In this document: one piece after another, positions 33,642 to 44,454 of the stretch | How the letters are laid out: the number at the start of each line of letters is the position of its first letter | Numbering within the stretch: position 1 is the stretch's first letter | NCBI GenBank assembly: GCA_031400895.1 | Contig: JANNQT010000176.1 | Location: 3-64,002, forward strand | DNA: 64,000 nt | Source: Alphaproteobacteria bacterium | GTDB taxonomy: Bacteria > Pseudomonadota > Alphaproteobacteria > Caulobacterales > Aquidulcibacteraceae | Reading direction: 5' to 3' | Made by a program: the position numbers and the translations under genes | Notes under the pieces: model-generated | The model's input: the letters and a program-made list of their open reading frames with translations, nothing else | What the model was told of the DNA's origin: nothing | Database searches by the model: none

Positions 33642-34310
33642 ATGAGCCTGACCTCCGAAATCGAAGCGGCGCGTACGGGACTACTAGCCCGCATCGCCGC
33701 TGCCGCGCACGCCGCCGGGCGCGCCCCTGACTCCATTAGCCTGGTGGCGGTCTCAAAGCAGCAGCCGGACGAAAAGGTCGCGGCGCTGTTGGCGGCCGGG
33801 CAGCTTGTTTTCGGTGAAAACCGCGTTCAGGAGGCAGCGGCGCGCTGGCGTGAGCGCCGCGCGCCGGGCGTGCGCCTGCGCCTCATCGGCCCGCTGCAGA
33901 GCAATAAGGCGGCGGAAGCGGCGGGCCTGTTCGACGCCATCGACAGCCTCGACCGCCCCAAGCTCGCCGCCGCGCTGGCGGACGCGGCCCAGAAACTCGG
34001 TCGCTGCCCAGAAATCCTGGTGCAAGTGAACACCGGTGAGGAGCCGCAAAAAGCCGGGATCGCGCCCGACGACGCCGATGCGTTTATCCGCGAGGCGCGC
34101 GAGCGCTATGGCCTGCCGGTCGCCGGGCTGATGTGCCTCCCCCCCGCCGACGAGGAACCGGCCATGCATTTTGCGCTCCTAGCCAAGCTCGCCGCCCGCA
34201 ACGGTCTGCGCGAGCTGTCCATGGGCATGAGCGGCGATTTCGAAACCGCTATCCGTTTCGGCGCCACCCAGGTGCGGGTGGGCACGCTGCTGTTCGGCGA
34301 ACGGGCTTGA
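33642..34310 (+). CDS. yggS: PLP homeostasis protein YggS
   Basis: LVAVSK, FGENRVQE, IGPLQSNK, LSMGMSGDF, VRVGT.LFG. Confidence 0.95.
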   Translation: MSLTSEIEAARTGLLARIAAAAHAAGRAPDSISLVAVSKQQPDEKVAALLAAGQLVFGENRVQEAAARWRERRAPGVRLRLIGPLQSNKAAEAAGLFDAIDSLDRPKLAAALADAAQKLGRCPEILVQVNTGEEPQKAGIAPDDADAFIREARERYGLPVAGLMCLPPADEEPAMHFALLAKLAARNGLRELSMGMSGDFETAIRFGATQVRVGTLLFGERA

Positions 34311-34387
34311 TCGCGGATTGGTGATCGCCCGCGCGGGCGAGAAATGTTGCCAGCCGCGCGGGAAGGGTGATGAGTAGGGCTCGAATC

Positions 34388-35077
34388 ATGACCCGCGAAG
34401 CGACGATCCTGATCATCGACGACGACCCCGACCTGCTTCAGGCGCTGGTGGAGCAATTCGATCTCGAGGAGGGCCTGGCCGGCTCGGGCGCCGCGAACGC
34501 AGAGGAAGGCATCGCCGCCGCCATCACGCTCACGCCAGCCGCTATCGTGCTCGACGTCAGCTTGCCCGACATGGACGGCATCGAGGCGTGCGCCAAGCTG
34601 CGCGCGGCCGGCGTTCGCGCCCCGATCATCCTGCTCACCGGCGCGGCTCGCGAGGAACACGATCAGGTCCAAGGCCTCGACGCCGGCGCCAACGACTATG
34701 TGCTGAAGCCGTTCAAATTCTCGGTGCTGGTGGCGCGCATCCGCGCGCATTTGCGCAGCCACGAGGCCAGCATCGATGCGGTCTATCGCATCGGCCCTTA
34801 TGATTTTCGCCCCGGCATGCGCGTGCTGATCGATCCCGAGCAGAAGAAAATCCGCCTCACCGACAAGGAAGCCGCGATCCTGCGCTACCTCTATCGCTCC
34901 GGCGAAAAGCCGGTCGGGCGCGAGGAATTGCTGCGCGAAGTCTGGGGCTACAACGCGGCGGTCACCACCCACACGCTGGAGACGCACATCTATCGGCTGC
35001 GGCAAAAGATCGAACCGGACGCGCAGGCGCCGAACCTGCTGCTGACGGAATCGGGGGGGTACCGGTTGCGGACCTAA
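34388..35077 (+). CDS. cenR: OmpR-family response regulator (CenR-like by synteny)
   Basis: Receiver domain (LDVSLPDMDG, GANDYVLKPF) plus winged helix LTDKE...THTLETHIYRLRQKIE; follows yggS. Confidence 0.75.
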   Translation: MTREATILIIDDDPDLLQALVEQFDLEEGLAGSGAANAEEGIAAAITLTPAAIVLDVSLPDMDGIEACAKLRAAGVRAPIILLTGAAREEHDQVQGLDAGANDYVLKPFKFSVLVARIRAHLRSHEASIDAVYRIGPYDFRPGMRVLIDPEQKKIRLTDKEAAILRYLYRSGEKPVGREELLREVWGYNAAVTTHTLETHIYRLRQKIEPDAQAPNLLLTESGGYRLRT

Positions 35078-35087
35078 GGGCGAGGCC

Positions 35088-36926
35088 TTACTCCGCCGCC
35101 ACAATAACGCCACGCGCGGCTTCCAGGCGGGCGACCAGGGCGGCGTGTTGGTCCCAGAGTTGTTGCGGCAGGCGCGCGCCGAATTTGCGGTAGTGTTCGG
35201 GGATAAGCGAGGTTTCCTCGGCCCAGACGTCGAGATCGACCGAGAGCAGCGTCGCGAGCGCGCGCGGTGAGAGCGCCAGTCCGCTGACGTCCAGCGCCGC
35301 CGGCGACGGCACGCGCCCGATCGGCGTTTCCACCGCTTCCGCCGCGCCGTCGAGCCGCTGGCAAATCCATTTCAGCACGCGGGAATTGTCGCCAAAGCCC
35401 GGCCAGATGAACTTGCCGTCCTGATCCTTGCGGAACCAGTTGACGAAAAAAATCCGCGGCAGCTTCGCGCCCTCGCGTTCGCCGAGCTTGAGCCAGTGGG
35501 CGAAATAGTCGCCCATGTGATAGCCGCAGAAGGGCAGCATGGCGAACGGATCGCGGCGCAATTCGCCGACTTTGTTTTCCGCCGCCGCCGTGCCCTCGCT
35601 GGCGACATTGGAAGCGAGAAACACCCCGTGCGCCCAGTTGAACGCTTCGGTCACCAGCGGCACGGCTGACGCACGTCGCCCGCCAAACAGGATAGCGTCG
35701 ATCGGCACGCCCTTGGGATCTTCCCACTCCGGCGCGATCACCGGACATTGGCCGGCGGGTACGGCGAAGCGAGAGTTGGGGTGCGCGGCGGGGAATTTTG
35801 AATCAGGCAGCCACGCATTGCCCTGCCAGTCGGTGAGACCGGGGGGAGGGTCCTTGGAGAGACCTTCCCACCACACATCATTGTCGGCGGTGAGCGCCAC
35901 ATTAGTGAACAACGTATTGGAATGCAGCGTGTCCAGCGCGCTCTTGTTGGTCTTCGAGCCGGTGCCGGGGGCGACGCCGAAGAAGCCGGCTTCCGGATTG
36001 ATGGCGTAGAGCTTTCCATCATCAGCAAAACGCATCCAGGCGATATCGTCGCCGATCGTGTGGGCTTTCCAGCCGGGGATGGTCGGCTGCAGCATGGCCA
36101 AATTGGTCTTGCCGCACGCGCTCGGGAAAGCGGCGGCCACATATTTCACCGCGCCCTCAGGTGAGGTGAGTTTCAGGATCAGCATGTGCTCGGCCAGCCA
36201 GCCTTCGTCGCGCGCCATCACACTGGCGATGCGCAGCGCGTAGCATTTCTTGCCCAACAGCGCGTTGCCGCCATAGCCCGAGCCGTAGCTCCAGATCTCG
36301 CGCGATTCCGGAAAGTGCACGATCCATTTGTCGTTGCTGCACGGCCAGGGCACGTCCTTTTGCCCCGGCGCAAGCGGCGCGCCCAGACTGTGCACGGCGG
36401 GTACGAAGAACCCGTCCTCGCCCATCGCATCGAGCGCGGCCTGGCCCATGCGGGTCATGATCCGCATCGACACGGCGACGTAGCCGCTATCGGTGATCTC
36501 GACCCCGAGCGCGCTGATCTTCGATCCAAGCGGCCCCATCGAGAACGGCACCACGTACATGGTGCGCCCACGCATGCACCCGTCGAACAGGCCGCCGAGC
36601 TTGTCGCGCATTTCCGCCGGCGCGATCCAATTGTTGGTCGGGCCTGCGTCGATCTCGCGCTCGGCGCAAATGAATGTCCGGCTTTCCACCCGGGCCACGT
36701 CCTTGGGGTCGGAGGCGGCGTAGAAGGAATTGGGCCGCTTGTCGGTCAGCTTCCTGAGCGTGCCCGCCGCCACCAGTTCGCGCGTCAGCCGCTCCCACTC
36801 CAGTTCGGAGCCGTCGCACCAATAGACCCGGTCCGGCTTGGTCAGCGCGGCGATGCTTTCGACCCATGCGATCAGCCTTGCATGACGGGTCGGCGCGGGG
36901 CGGAGCCCAGGGACTTGATCTGTCAA
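35088..36926 (-). CDS. pckG: Phosphoenolpyruvate carboxykinase (GTP-dependent)
   Basis: [62 protein letters not shown]. Confidence 0.95.
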   Translation of the reverse strand: MTDQVPGLRPAPTRHARLIAWVESIAALTKPDRVYWCDGSELEWERLTRELVAAGTLRKLTDKRPNSFYAASDPKDVARVESRTFICAEREIDAGPTNNWIAPAEMRDKLGGLFDGCMRGRTMYVVPFSMGPLGSKISALGVEITDSGYVAVSMRIMTRMGQAALDAMGEDGFFVPAVHSLGAPLAPGQKDVPWPCSNDKWIVHFPESREIWSYGSGYGGNALLGKKCYALRIASVMARDEGWLAEHMLILKLTSPEGAVKYVAAAFPSACGKTNLAMLQPTIPGWKAHTIGDDIAWMRFADDGKLYAINPEAGFFGVAPGTGSKTNKSALDTLHSNTLFTNVALTADNDVWWEGLSKDPPPGLTDWQGNAWLPDSKFPAAHPNSRFAVPAGQCPVIAPEWEDPKGVPIDAILFGGRRASAVPLVTEAFNWAHGVFLASNVASEGTAAAENKVGELRRDPFAMLPFCGYHMGDYFAHWLKLGEREGAKLPRIFFVNWFRKDQDGKFIWPGFGDNSRVLKWICQRLDGAAEAVETPIGRVPSPAALDVSGLALSPRALATLLSVDLDVWAEETSLIPEHYRKFGARLPQQLWDQHAALVARLEAARGVIVAAE

Positions 36927-37040
36927 GAAATATCCTCCCGAGCGCCCACCCAGTGGGGGTGCGCGGCTGCGTTTTTTAGCGCTTTAGCGCAGGTGACGGC
37001 GCCGGGGCCAGCGAAACAAACGCATGGCAGGCGCGCAGGC

Positions 37041-38906
37041 TCAGGCCTGGCCGGTGACCCAGTCGCGCACCAGCCCGTCCAGCACCGAGAGCGGCGCCGC
37101 GCCGTTGGCGAGCAGAGTGTCGTGGAAGGCCTTCAGGTCAAAGCGCGCCCCGAGCGCGGCGGTCGCGTCCTGGCGCAGCCGGTTGATGGCCTGGCGGCCG
37201 ATCATGTAGCTGCAGGCTTGGCCGGGCTGGACGCAATAGCGCTCGATCTCGGTGGTGACCGAGGTTTCCAAGTCGCCGGTGGCTTCCATCATCGAGGCGA
37301 TGGCTTGCTCACGGCTCCAGCGTTTGTGATGCAGGCCGGTATCGCACACCAGGCGCGAGGCGCGGAACGCCGCCGACTGCAGATAGCCCAGCCGCCCCAG
37401 CAGGTTGCCCCCATAGGCGCCGAGTTCGTCGGCCAATTGCTCAGCGTAAAGGCCCCAGCCTTCGCTGAACGCCGAGAACCCCATCATGGCGCTGCGGATG
37501 AACGGGATCGAGCCAGATTCCTGCTGGATCGAGATTTGCCAATGATGGCCGGGCACGCCTTCGTGGTAGTTCAACGTCGGCAGTGTGAAGCGCGGCCATT
37601 CGTGGGTGTCGCGCAGATTGATGTAATAGGCGCCGGGGCGTGAGCCGTCGAGCGCCGCGCGTTGATAATACCCCCCGGGCGCGCCGGCTTCGGTGGTCGG
37701 CGGCACGCGGCGGATTTCCAGTTGCGCTTGCGCCAGCGTGTTGAACGCGCGCGGCATCAGCGCCACCATCTCCTGGGTTTGCTGGTTGAGGTCGGCGAGG
37801 ATGCGGGCGCGGCCGGCATCGTTGTTGGGATAGAGCTGGTCGGCGCGGCGCGAGAGCGTGCGCACGCGCTCGGCGATGCTGCCCCGGTTCATGCCCTGGC
37901 CGCGCAGAATCGCGTCCATCTCGGCGTTGAACTCGGCGACCAGCGCCAAGCCGATATTGTGAATTTCATCGGGCGAGAGATTTGTGGTGGTGCGGCTCCG
38001 CAGCGCGGCGGCATACATTTCCGCCCCTTGCGGCAAGCGCCAGATTCCGGCCTCGTGGGTTGCACGCGCCCGCACGCCGCGCAGCGCTGCCATTTGCCGC
38101 TGATAGGCCGGAAAAATCGCATCGCGCACCGCCGATTCGGCGCTCTCGACGTAGCCGGCGCGGTCGGCGGGGGAGAGTTCGGCGATGCTGGGCAGGCGCC
38201 GCACCAGCGTTTGCACCAACACCGTCTGCGCTGGCCGTTGCCGCACAAAGGCGGTCATCTGCTCGAGTGCGCGGTCGATGGCGAAATCGGGCGGGACCAC
38301 GCCCTGCGCCGCGTCCTCGCCGATGATGGCGGTTTCCTGATCGAGCTGGCGCACGTATTCGCGCAGCCGCGCCTGGTAGGCGTCAGCCTCGTCGCGCGTG
38401 CGCAGCGGGTGCTGGCTGTCCATGAAGTCGGGAACGCCGCGATATACCCCGGTCAGTTGCGTGACCACGTAGGGGGCGCCCGCGCCGCCGCCGACCTCGA
38501 ACCGCGAACTCGCCAGCGAATTGCCGAACGAGGTGGTGACGATGTCGAGCGTGACGGTGTCGCGCTGGGGCAGGGCGGCGCGATCGAGCGTGGAAAGATC
38601 GTCGAGCGCGCTTTGGATCACCGCGCGATAATTGCGCGCGCCTTGCTTGGAGGCGTCGCCCAACCGGTCGATGAAGCGGCCGCCCGCGCGCGCCTCGGTG
38701 ACGCCGAGCGAGGTGCAGCGCTCGGGTGAAAGCCGCAGCATCTCGGTGACGACGGCATCGAGCCGGGCGGCCAGCGCGGCGCTAGGGTCGAGTGGCGGCG
38801 GCGTCGGCGGGGGCGGCGGAGCGGCCGCCGGCGGCGCGCTGGCGCAGCCGGCCAAAATGACGCTCGCCGCGCCCGCACTCAGAATTGCCCGCCGTGTCGT
38901 CGCCAT
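37041..38906 (-). CDS. DUF885 family lipoprotein (Tat-type signal)
   Basis: TTRRAIL...LAGC; HEGVPGHHWQ, AFSEGWGLYAE, PGQACSY. Confidence 0.9.
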   Translation of the reverse strand: MATTRRAILSAGAASVILAGCASAPPAAAPPPPPTPPPLDPSAALAARLDAVVTEMLRLSPERCTSLGVTEARAGGRFIDRLGDASKQGARNYRAVIQSALDDLSTLDRAALPQRDTVTLDIVTTSFGNSLASSRFEVGGGAGAPYVVTQLTGVYRGVPDFMDSQHPLRTRDEADAYQARLREYVRQLDQETAIIGEDAAQGVVPPDFAIDRALEQMTAFVRQRPAQTVLVQTLVRRLPSIAELSPADRAGYVESAESAVRDAIFPAYQRQMAALRGVRARATHEAGIWRLPQGAEMYAAALRSRTTTNLSPDEIHNIGLALVAEFNAEMDAILRGQGMNRGSIAERVRTLSRRADQLYPNNDAGRARILADLNQQTQEMVALMPRAFNTLAQAQLEIRRVPPTTEAGAPGGYYQRAALDGSRPGAYYINLRDTHEWPRFTLPTLNYHEGVPGHHWQISIQQESGSIPFIRSAMMGFSAFSEGWGLYAEQLADELGAYGGNLLGRLGYLQSAAFRASRLVCDTGLHHKRWSREQAIASMMEATGDLETSVTTEIERYCVQPGQACSYMIGRQAINRLRQDATAALGARFDLKAFHDTLLANGAAPLSVLDGLVRDWVTGQA

Positions 38907-38994
38907 CGAATTTCCCCGGGGATACGAAAACGCCCATCCTAGCCGCGCCGGCCGTTCGCACAATAATTGCGCGACGGGCGATGGCGCGGGTTCG

Positions 38995-39783
38995 TTAGAT
39001 AGCGAAACCGGCCACAACCGGCACATGGTCGCTCGGCCGCTCCCAGGAGCGGCAGGGTACGTGGATGTGAAAGGCTTCGGCCTTGGAGGCCGCCGCCAGA
39101 TCGGCGCTGGCCCATATGTGGTCGAGCCGGCGGCCGCGATTGTTCCTGGTCCAATCGGGGCTGCGATAGCTCCACCAGGTGAACAGTTTCTCCGGGTCGG
39201 GGCGATGCAGGCGCGCCAGATCGACGAAGCCCCCGGCTTCGCGCGCCGCCTCCAGCCGGCTGGTTTCGCCCGGCGTATGGCTGACTACGTCCAGCAATTG
39301 CTTGTGGCTCCAGACGTCGAACTCGCCCGGCGCGACATTGAGATCGCCGACCAGGATGGTGGGCGCGGCGCGCTTCTTGTAGGCGCGCTTCATGCGGTCG
39401 AGCACATCGAGCTTGTGTTTGAATTTGGGGTTTCCCACCGGATCGGGAACATCGGCGCCAGCCGGCACATAAAGGTTGTGCACTTCGACGCCGTCGATAC
39501 TGGCCGCCGCCACCCGCGCTTCGCCTTTGGGGCAGAGCTTCGGGGCATCGATGGGTTCAAGCTTGCGCTTGGAAACGATGGCGACGCCGTGCCAGCCCTT
39601 CTGGCCAACTACGTGAATGTGCTTGTAGCCGGCCTCCTTGAAGGCTTTCGCTGGAAATTCGCCATCGCGGCATTTGATTTCCTGCAGGCACAGCACGTCG
39701 GGCTTCGCCTCGGCCAGGAAGCGGCAGACCATGGCGATGCGCAGGCGCACGGAATTGATGTTCCAGGTGGCGATTCGCAGCAT
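38995..39783 (-). CDS. xth: Exodeoxyribonuclease III
   Basis: RIATWNINSVR, DVLCLQEIK, GDLNVAP, FTWWSYR, RLDHIW, SDHVPV. Confidence 0.95.
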   Translation of the reverse strand: MLRIATWNINSVRLRIAMVCRFLAEAKPDVLCLQEIKCRDGEFPAKAFKEAGYKHIHVVGQKGWHGVAIVSKRKLEPIDAPKLCPKGEARVAAASIDGVEVHNLYVPAGADVPDPVGNPKFKHKLDVLDRMKRAYKKRAAPTILVGDLNVAPGEFDVWSHKQLLDVVSHTPGETSRLEAAREAGGFVDLARLHRPDPEKLFTWWSYRSPDWTRNNRGRRLDHIWASADLAAASKAEAFHIHVPCRSWERPSDHVPVVAGFAI

Positions 39784-39837
39784 GTGGCTGTGTGGGAAAC
39801 AACGCTCTGGAACACAAGCGGCGGGAAAATAAGCCTG

Positions 39838-39880
39838 AAAAACAAGGAGGGCCCGGGCGCCTTTGGCGACCCGGGCCCTC
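39838..39880 (-). terminator. Rho-independent terminator of the putative sRNA
   Basis: Minus strand GAGGGCCCGGG-tCGCC-aaa-GGCG-CCCGGGCCCTC-CTTGTTTTT. Confidence 0.75.
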
Positions 39881-39997
39881 TCAATGCGTCTTGAGGGGGA
39901 CGCATATTCGCCGGCAGGGGAGGCCGGCAGGCGGCGCCGCGCTGGTTGCGTCAGCGGGGGGGACGACGGCATCCAGGGGGATGAACGGCAACCGCTG
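39838..39997 (-). ncRNA. Putative small regulatory RNA with four UCCCC-loop hairpins
   Basis: Four stem-loops each presenting UCCCC(C), a sigma70-like promoter immediately upstream and a strong GC hairpin plus U-tract downstream. Confidence 0.7.
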
Positions 39998-40002
39998 CGT
40001 TG

Positions 40003-40031
40003 TATGTAGGCCACAGCAATAAGAAAATCAA
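40003..40031 (-). promoter_or_regulatory. Sigma70-like promoter of the putative sRNA
   Basis: TTGATT-N17-TACATA in a locally AT-rich stretch. Confidence 0.55.
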
Positions 40032-40095
40032 GGATTGTTTCGGAGAAACAAGTTGCCTTCGTGCGCCGTTTCGAGTTGCGGCGCGCCGCGCCGAT

Positions 40096-40773
40096 TTAGC
40101 GCCCACGCGGCCCGGGCCGGTCCGACAGCATATCCTCCAGCCGGAACAGGCTGCGATCCAGGCTGGCGGGCTGGGTTACTTCCGAAAGCGCAATGCTTGT
40201 GGTCGCGCCGACGCTGTCGATGACCATCCACGAGGAAAGCGCCGCGCCGTTGAAGTTCAGCGTGATCTGGCCATCGAGTTCGCCGCTGCGGTCGCGCGCG
40301 GTGATCATGAGAAATTGGCCGTTGCGGGCGACGCGGGTGATGCGGGCGTCGCGCGCCAGATCGATGCGCTGACCTAGGATCAGGTTCAGCGGCGTTGAGC
40401 GCAGCGGCGTGCGCTCTGTGGTGCGCAAAGCCGTATCGCGCACCGCCACCACCGAGCCGTCGGACACGATCAGCAGCGCCGCGGGGGGATCGTACTGGAA
40501 CCGCAGCCGGCCCGGTTTTTCCATGTAGAAAGCCCCAGCGGCGCGGGCGCCATCCGGCGCGGTCTGCACGAAGCGGCCTTGCATGCGCGCGACGGCGTTC
40601 AGCGCGACGTTCGCTTGCGCCAACGCGGCGGCACGCTCGGCCCCCTCCAGGGTCACCGTGACGCCCGGCGCCGGGGTGCGCGGGCGCAAATCTTGACCCG
40701 GCTGCGCCGCCGCGGGAACCGCCGTAAGCGTCAAACCGGCGATGCCGGCGAGGAGAAAAGCGCGCCTGTCCAT
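40096..40773 (-). CDS. lolA: Outer-membrane lipoprotein carrier LolA
   Basis: RR signal peptide; GRFVQ, KPGRLRFQYDPP, LIVSDG, PLRSTPL; adjacent to xth. Confidence 0.85.
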   Translation of the reverse strand: MDRRAFLLAGIAGLTLTAVPAAAQPGQDLRPRTPAPGVTVTLEGAERAAALAQANVALNAVARMQGRFVQTAPDGARAAGAFYMEKPGRLRFQYDPPAALLIVSDGSVVAVRDTALRTTERTPLRSTPLNLILGQRIDLARDARITRVARNGQFLMITARDRSGELDGQITLNFNGAALSSWMVIDSVGATTSIALSEVTQPASLDRSLFRLEDMLSDRPGPRGR

Positions 40774-40854
40774 GTTCGCCGGTGTGGCGGAAGCTGATGG
40801 CAAAATAAAGAGCGTTTGTTCGGTGTTTTGGCGCCGGCCGCGCTCAGCTTGGGT

Positions 40855-41166
40855 TCAGACTTGGCGCGTCCGCCGCCCCAGTTCGTACAATAGGTCCCAC
40901 GAATAGAGCCCGGTGTCGTGGCCGTCGTCGAAACGGATGCGCACGGCGTAGCGGCCCACCGGCTCCGCGCCGATTACGCCGACACCGGCCTTGCTCGCCA
41001 CCGGGGCGCTCGGGCGCGCGCCGCCATGGCCCTTGTTTTCCGCTGACGGGCTCTCCACCCGCAGCAGCGCGAACGGGATCTCGAAACGCGAGCCTTCGTC
41101 GAAGCTGAGGCGCAGCAGCTTGGCGGCGCGGTCGAACTCAAGCTCGGTGGGCCAGGGGGCGCTCAT
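40855..41166 (-). CDS. DUF971 / gamma-butyrobetaine hydroxylase-like N-terminal domain protein
   Basis: [36 protein letters not shown]. Confidence 0.88.
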   Translation of the reverse strand: MSAPWPTELEFDRAAKLLRLSFDEGSRFEIPFALLRVESPSAENKGHGGARPSAPVASKAGVGVIGAEPVGRYAVRIRFDDGHDTGLYSWDLLYELGRRTRQV

Positions 41167-41345
41167 TCCTCCGCTCCCAGTTCACGCGCTTCGTCGGGCA
41201 GCATGATCGGCACGCCGTCGCGCACCGGATAGGCCAGACGCGCGCGTTGGCCGATCAATTCCTGCTTCTCGCGCTCGTAGCTAAGCGGCGTGCGCGATTG
41301 CGGGCACACCAGCACTTCCAGCAATTTCGCATCGGGCTCGTTCAT
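41163..41345 (-). CDS. Trm112/UPF0434 family protein
   Basis: LLEVLVCP...[17 protein letters not shown]. Confidence 0.88.
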   Translation of the reverse strand: MNEPDAKLLEVLVCPQSRTPLSYEREKQELIGQRARLAYPVRDGVPIMLPDEARELGAEE

Positions 41346-41998
41346 TGCGTCGGTCGCCGCTGGTCGCCGGAGGCCGCGTCCCATTCCAGCAACGCCACCA
41401 GAGCGCGGGCGCGCTCCTCCAGCGTCGCCGCCTCCAGCAACGCCTGCTTGGCGGAATTGTCGAACGGGCAGATTTGGGCGGCGACGTTGACAATGGTCTC
41501 GGTCGGCGCCTGCTCGACCGATTCCCAATCTACTTGGAAACCGTGCAGCGAAGCATAGCGCTTGAGCGTAACCACCAGCGCGGCGCGGTCGATGCGCTCG
41601 CCCCGCCCAGGCGTGAAATCGCTGGCGTAGGAATCATAGGAGACGATGGCCTGGCGGTAGGGGGCGCCGGCGTCGAACTCGCGCTCGAGGTCGAAGCGGC
41701 AAATGCCGGTGAGCGTGATCAGGTAGCGGCCGTCATCGGTCTCGGAAAAACCGGTAATGCGCCCCACCGCGCCAACGGCGGCCAGGTGTGGCGCGGTGGC
41801 TTCCTCTTGGCCCGTGGCCGGCTGCACCATGCCAATCAGGCGATGATCGCCGAGCACATCGTCGACCATGTTCAGATAACGCGGTTCGAACACGTTGAGC
41901 GCCAACACCCCGCGCGGCAGCAGGATCGCACCGCCCAGCGGAAACAGCGGGATGGTCTGCGGCAGGTCCGCCGGCTTGCGATAGCCGAATGCGCTCAT
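41342..41998 (-). CDS. LON peptidase substrate-binding domain protein
   Basis: [40 protein letters not shown]. Confidence 0.9.
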   Translation of the reverse strand: MSAFGYRKPADLPQTIPLFPLGGAILLPRGVLALNVFEPRYLNMVDDVLGDHRLIGMVQPATGQEEATAPHLAAVGAVGRITGFSETDDGRYLITLTGICRFDLEREFDAGAPYRQAIVSYDSYASDFTPGRGERIDRAALVVTLKRYASLHGFQVDWESVEQAPTETIVNVAAQICPFDNSAKQALLEAATLEERARALVALLEWDAASGDQRRPTQ

Positions 41999-42897
41999 GA
42001 GAACAAAATCGCCGAAAGCTTGCGGCGTCCCTGCTTGGCGATCTCGGAAGCGGGACCGGCGGCTTCGAACACTTTCAGCAATTGCTTGCGGGCGGCGTCT
42101 TCGTTCCAGTCGCGCTGCTTGGCGATGATGGCGAGCAGATGCTCGCTCGCGCTCTCAAGGTCGCCGCGCGCGGAAAGCGCCTCGGCCAATTCGTAGCGCG
42201 CCCGCAGATCTTCGGGATGGTTGGCGACCTTGAGCGCCAATTCGCCGGTGTCGCCGGCCTGCGCGGCCGACGCGGCCAGTTCAAACGCCGCGCGCACGCC
42301 GGCGATGTCCGCGTCGTTAGTTTTTTCCGGCGGGGCCAGATCGAGCACCGCGCGCGCTTGCTCGGGATCGCCAGATTGCAGGTAAAGCCGCGCCATGCCG
42401 GCGATCGCCCTGGTGTTGGCGGGGTCGATTTGCAACGCCGCCGCGTAGGATTGCGCCGCCCCGCCGAGATCGCCGAGCGCGAGGCTTTCCCCAGCCTGGT
42501 CGAGCAGCGCCTCGATCTCGTCGGCCGAGCCCGCGCCGGTGAGCCGGTCGATGAACAGTTTCACCTGGCTTTCCGGCACCGCGCCCATGAAGCCATCAAC
42601 CGGGCGGCCTTTGTCGAAGGCATAGACTGCGGGAATCGATTTCACCCCCAATTGCTCGGCGACGCCGGGGTGTTCGTCGATATTGATCTTCACTAGTTTG
42701 ACCTTGCCACCAGCGGCGCGCACCGCGCGCTCAATGGTTGGCGCCAGCGTCTTGCACGGTCCGCACCAGGGGGCCCAGAAATCGACGATCACCGGGGTGG
42801 TGCGCGAGGCTTCGATCACGTCGGCCATGAAGCCCTGATCGCTGCCGTCCTTGACGATGTCTTTGTCCAGCGCCGCCGCGCCATCGAGGAAAGTCAT
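41995..42897 (-). CDS. cnoX: Thioredoxin-TPR chaperedoxin (CnoX/YbbN)
   Basis: [12 protein letters not shown] plus TPR region; C-terminal [10 protein letters not shown]. Confidence 0.9.
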   Translation of the reverse strand: MTFLDGAAALDKDIVKDGSDQGFMADVIEASRTTPVIVDFWAPWCGPCKTLAPTIERAVRAAGGKVKLVKINIDEHPGVAEQLGVKSIPAVYAFDKGRPVDGFMGAVPESQVKLFIDRLTGAGSADEIEALLDQAGESLALGDLGGAAQSYAAALQIDPANTRAIAGMARLYLQSGDPEQARAVLDLAPPEKTNDADIAGVRAAFELAASAAQAGDTGELALKVANHPEDLRARYELAEALSARGDLESASEHLLAIIAKQRDWNEDAARKQLLKVFEAAGPASEIAKQGRRKLSAILFS

Positions 42898-43469
42898 GAA
42901 GAGCCCTTGGTTTTTTCAGCCCCTACATGGGCGGAAGCGGCGCCCGGTTCAATCGGAGTTGGGGCGCCTGCGGCGTCGAAGCCGAGCCGGATCGGCTCCT
43001 GGCCAAGCGCTGCAGCGAAGCTAAGCATGCCCGCAGGACTGATCGCCGTGGTGGCGTCATTGCGCAGCGGGTGGAAATTGACCGGGTCCTGCGCGAAGAG
43101 CGCCTGGTCCAGGATCAGCCGAACCGAGCGCGCGTGATCGTTGATGAGCGCGAACAGCGTCACCGACCCTGGCGTCACCCCCAGATGCGTCATCAACAGC
43201 TCGGCCGAACCGAAGCTAAAGCGGCCCGCGCCGAGCAGCTTGGAGACGGAATTGAGGTCGATGAGGCTATCCGACAGTGCGCAAAGCAGGAACAATGCCC
43301 CCTTTTTGTCCTTCAGGAACAAGTTCTTGGTATGCCCGCCCGGCATTTGCGGCTTGAGCGCTCGACTTTCCTCAACCGTGAACACCGGGCTGTGGCGGGT
43401 GGTGGCGTGGGCGATGCCCAGCGCGTCGAGCTTGGCGAACAGGTCCTCGGAGGAGGCGGGTGTGGGCAT
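42894..43469 (-). CDS. ProX/YbaK-family aminoacyl-tRNA deacylase
   Basis: [40 protein letters not shown]. Confidence 0.9.
   Translation of the reverse strand: MPTPASSEDLFAKLDALGIAHATTRHSPVFTVEESRALKPQMPGGHTKNLFLKDKKGALFLLCALSDSLIDLNSVSKLLGAGRFSFGSAELLMTHLGVTPGSVTLFALINDHARSVRLILDQALFAQDPVNFHPLRNDATTAISPAGMLSFAAALGQEPIRLGFDAAGAPTPIEPGAASAHVGAEKTKGSS
42925..42953 (-). promoter_or_regulatory. Putative sigma32 promoter for the cnoX operon, inside the 3' end of the upstream gene
   Basis: Minus strand TTGAA-N16-CCCATGT about 28 nt upstream of the cnoX ATG. Confidence 0.55.
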
Positions 43470-43516
43470 GGACTTCCCCTTGGCGCAAGGGGGCGCGAAC
43501 GTCTAGGAGGGCTGCG

Positions 43517-44272
43517 ATGAAACTCACCTGTTATCAAATCGATCCGCAGCCGGCGGAGATGGTTCCCGGCAACCCCGACCGCGACTGGATGGATAGCTTT
43601 ACCGATCGCCACCCCTATCGCTGTCTGCCCTTGGTGCTCGCCAACACCACCGGCTGGACGCTGGCCTCGCCGGTGTCCTTCACCGCCACCTGGAACGGGG
43701 GGCCCCGGATCGAAGACATCCGCGTCGATCCCGACGACGACACGCCCAAAGCGGTGCTGCAGCGCTGGGCGGTGTCGCATTTTTCCGGCGGCGTGCTCAC
43801 CTTCCATACCGGCTGGCTGTTCCGCACCGAGCCTGGCTGGGACCTTTGGGTCGGCGGCCCGCCCAATGTTCTTCGCGACGGCATTCAGCCGCTGGTCGGC
43901 GTGGTTGAGACCTATTGGCTGCCGTTTCCGTTCACCATGAATTGGCGCTTCACCCGCCCCGGCATGATCTCGTTCAAGAAGGGCGAGCCGTTCTGCTTTC
44001 TCATGCCGATCCCGCACGAGCAGATCGACCAGGTGCAGCCGATCGTCAAATCCCTCAGCGACGATCCCGAACTGAAGCGCCAGTACGATGCCTGGAGCAA
44101 AAGCCGCAGCACTTTCATCGCTCAATTGGGCGAAAAGGAATCCGAGGCGGTCAAACACGGCTGGCAGCGCGACTATTTCCGCGGCCGCACCCCCGAAGGC
44201 CACATAGCGCCGGATGGCCACGTCAACCGGCGGAGACTAAAAGCGCCAAGGAAGGCGGAGGAGGGGGAATAG
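43517..44272 (+). CDS. DUF6065-type protein
   Basis: RDWMD...PYRCLPL..AN..GW, VSHFSGGVLTFH, GPPN, WLPFPFTMNWRFTRPG; AGGAGG RBS. Confidence 0.8.
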   Translation: MKLTCYQIDPQPAEMVPGNPDRDWMDSFTDRHPYRCLPLVLANTTGWTLASPVSFTATWNGGPRIEDIRVDPDDDTPKAVLQRWAVSHFSGGVLTFHTGWLFRTEPGWDLWVGGPPNVLRDGIQPLVGVVETYWLPFPFTMNWRFTRPGMISFKKGEPFCFLMPIPHEQIDQVQPIVKSLSDDPELKRQYDAWSKSRSTFIAQLGEKESEAVKHGWQRDYFRGRTPEGHIAPDGHVNRRRLKAPRKAEEGE

Positions 44273-44454
44273 GGGAGGAGCGAGCTTCTTCTCGAGAATG
44301 GACTTTAGTAACTGACGTGCGGGCCGAGGCCTGGAAGATGGCGGCGCGGGCTATGTCTACGATCTGGGGGGCGTTGACCCCTTGCGCCCACCTCGCCCCT
44401 CTGCGATATGACCCGCCTTCTCAGGCGCGGTTCTTGCACCGCGCCACCCAGGAC

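Noticed and set aside
39880-39990. Repeated GGGGGA units as a CRISPR array or an N-terminal extension of xth
   Set aside because: No constant-length repeats, spacers or cas genes; xth homology starts at MLRIATWN (39783); the structure fits an sRNA better.
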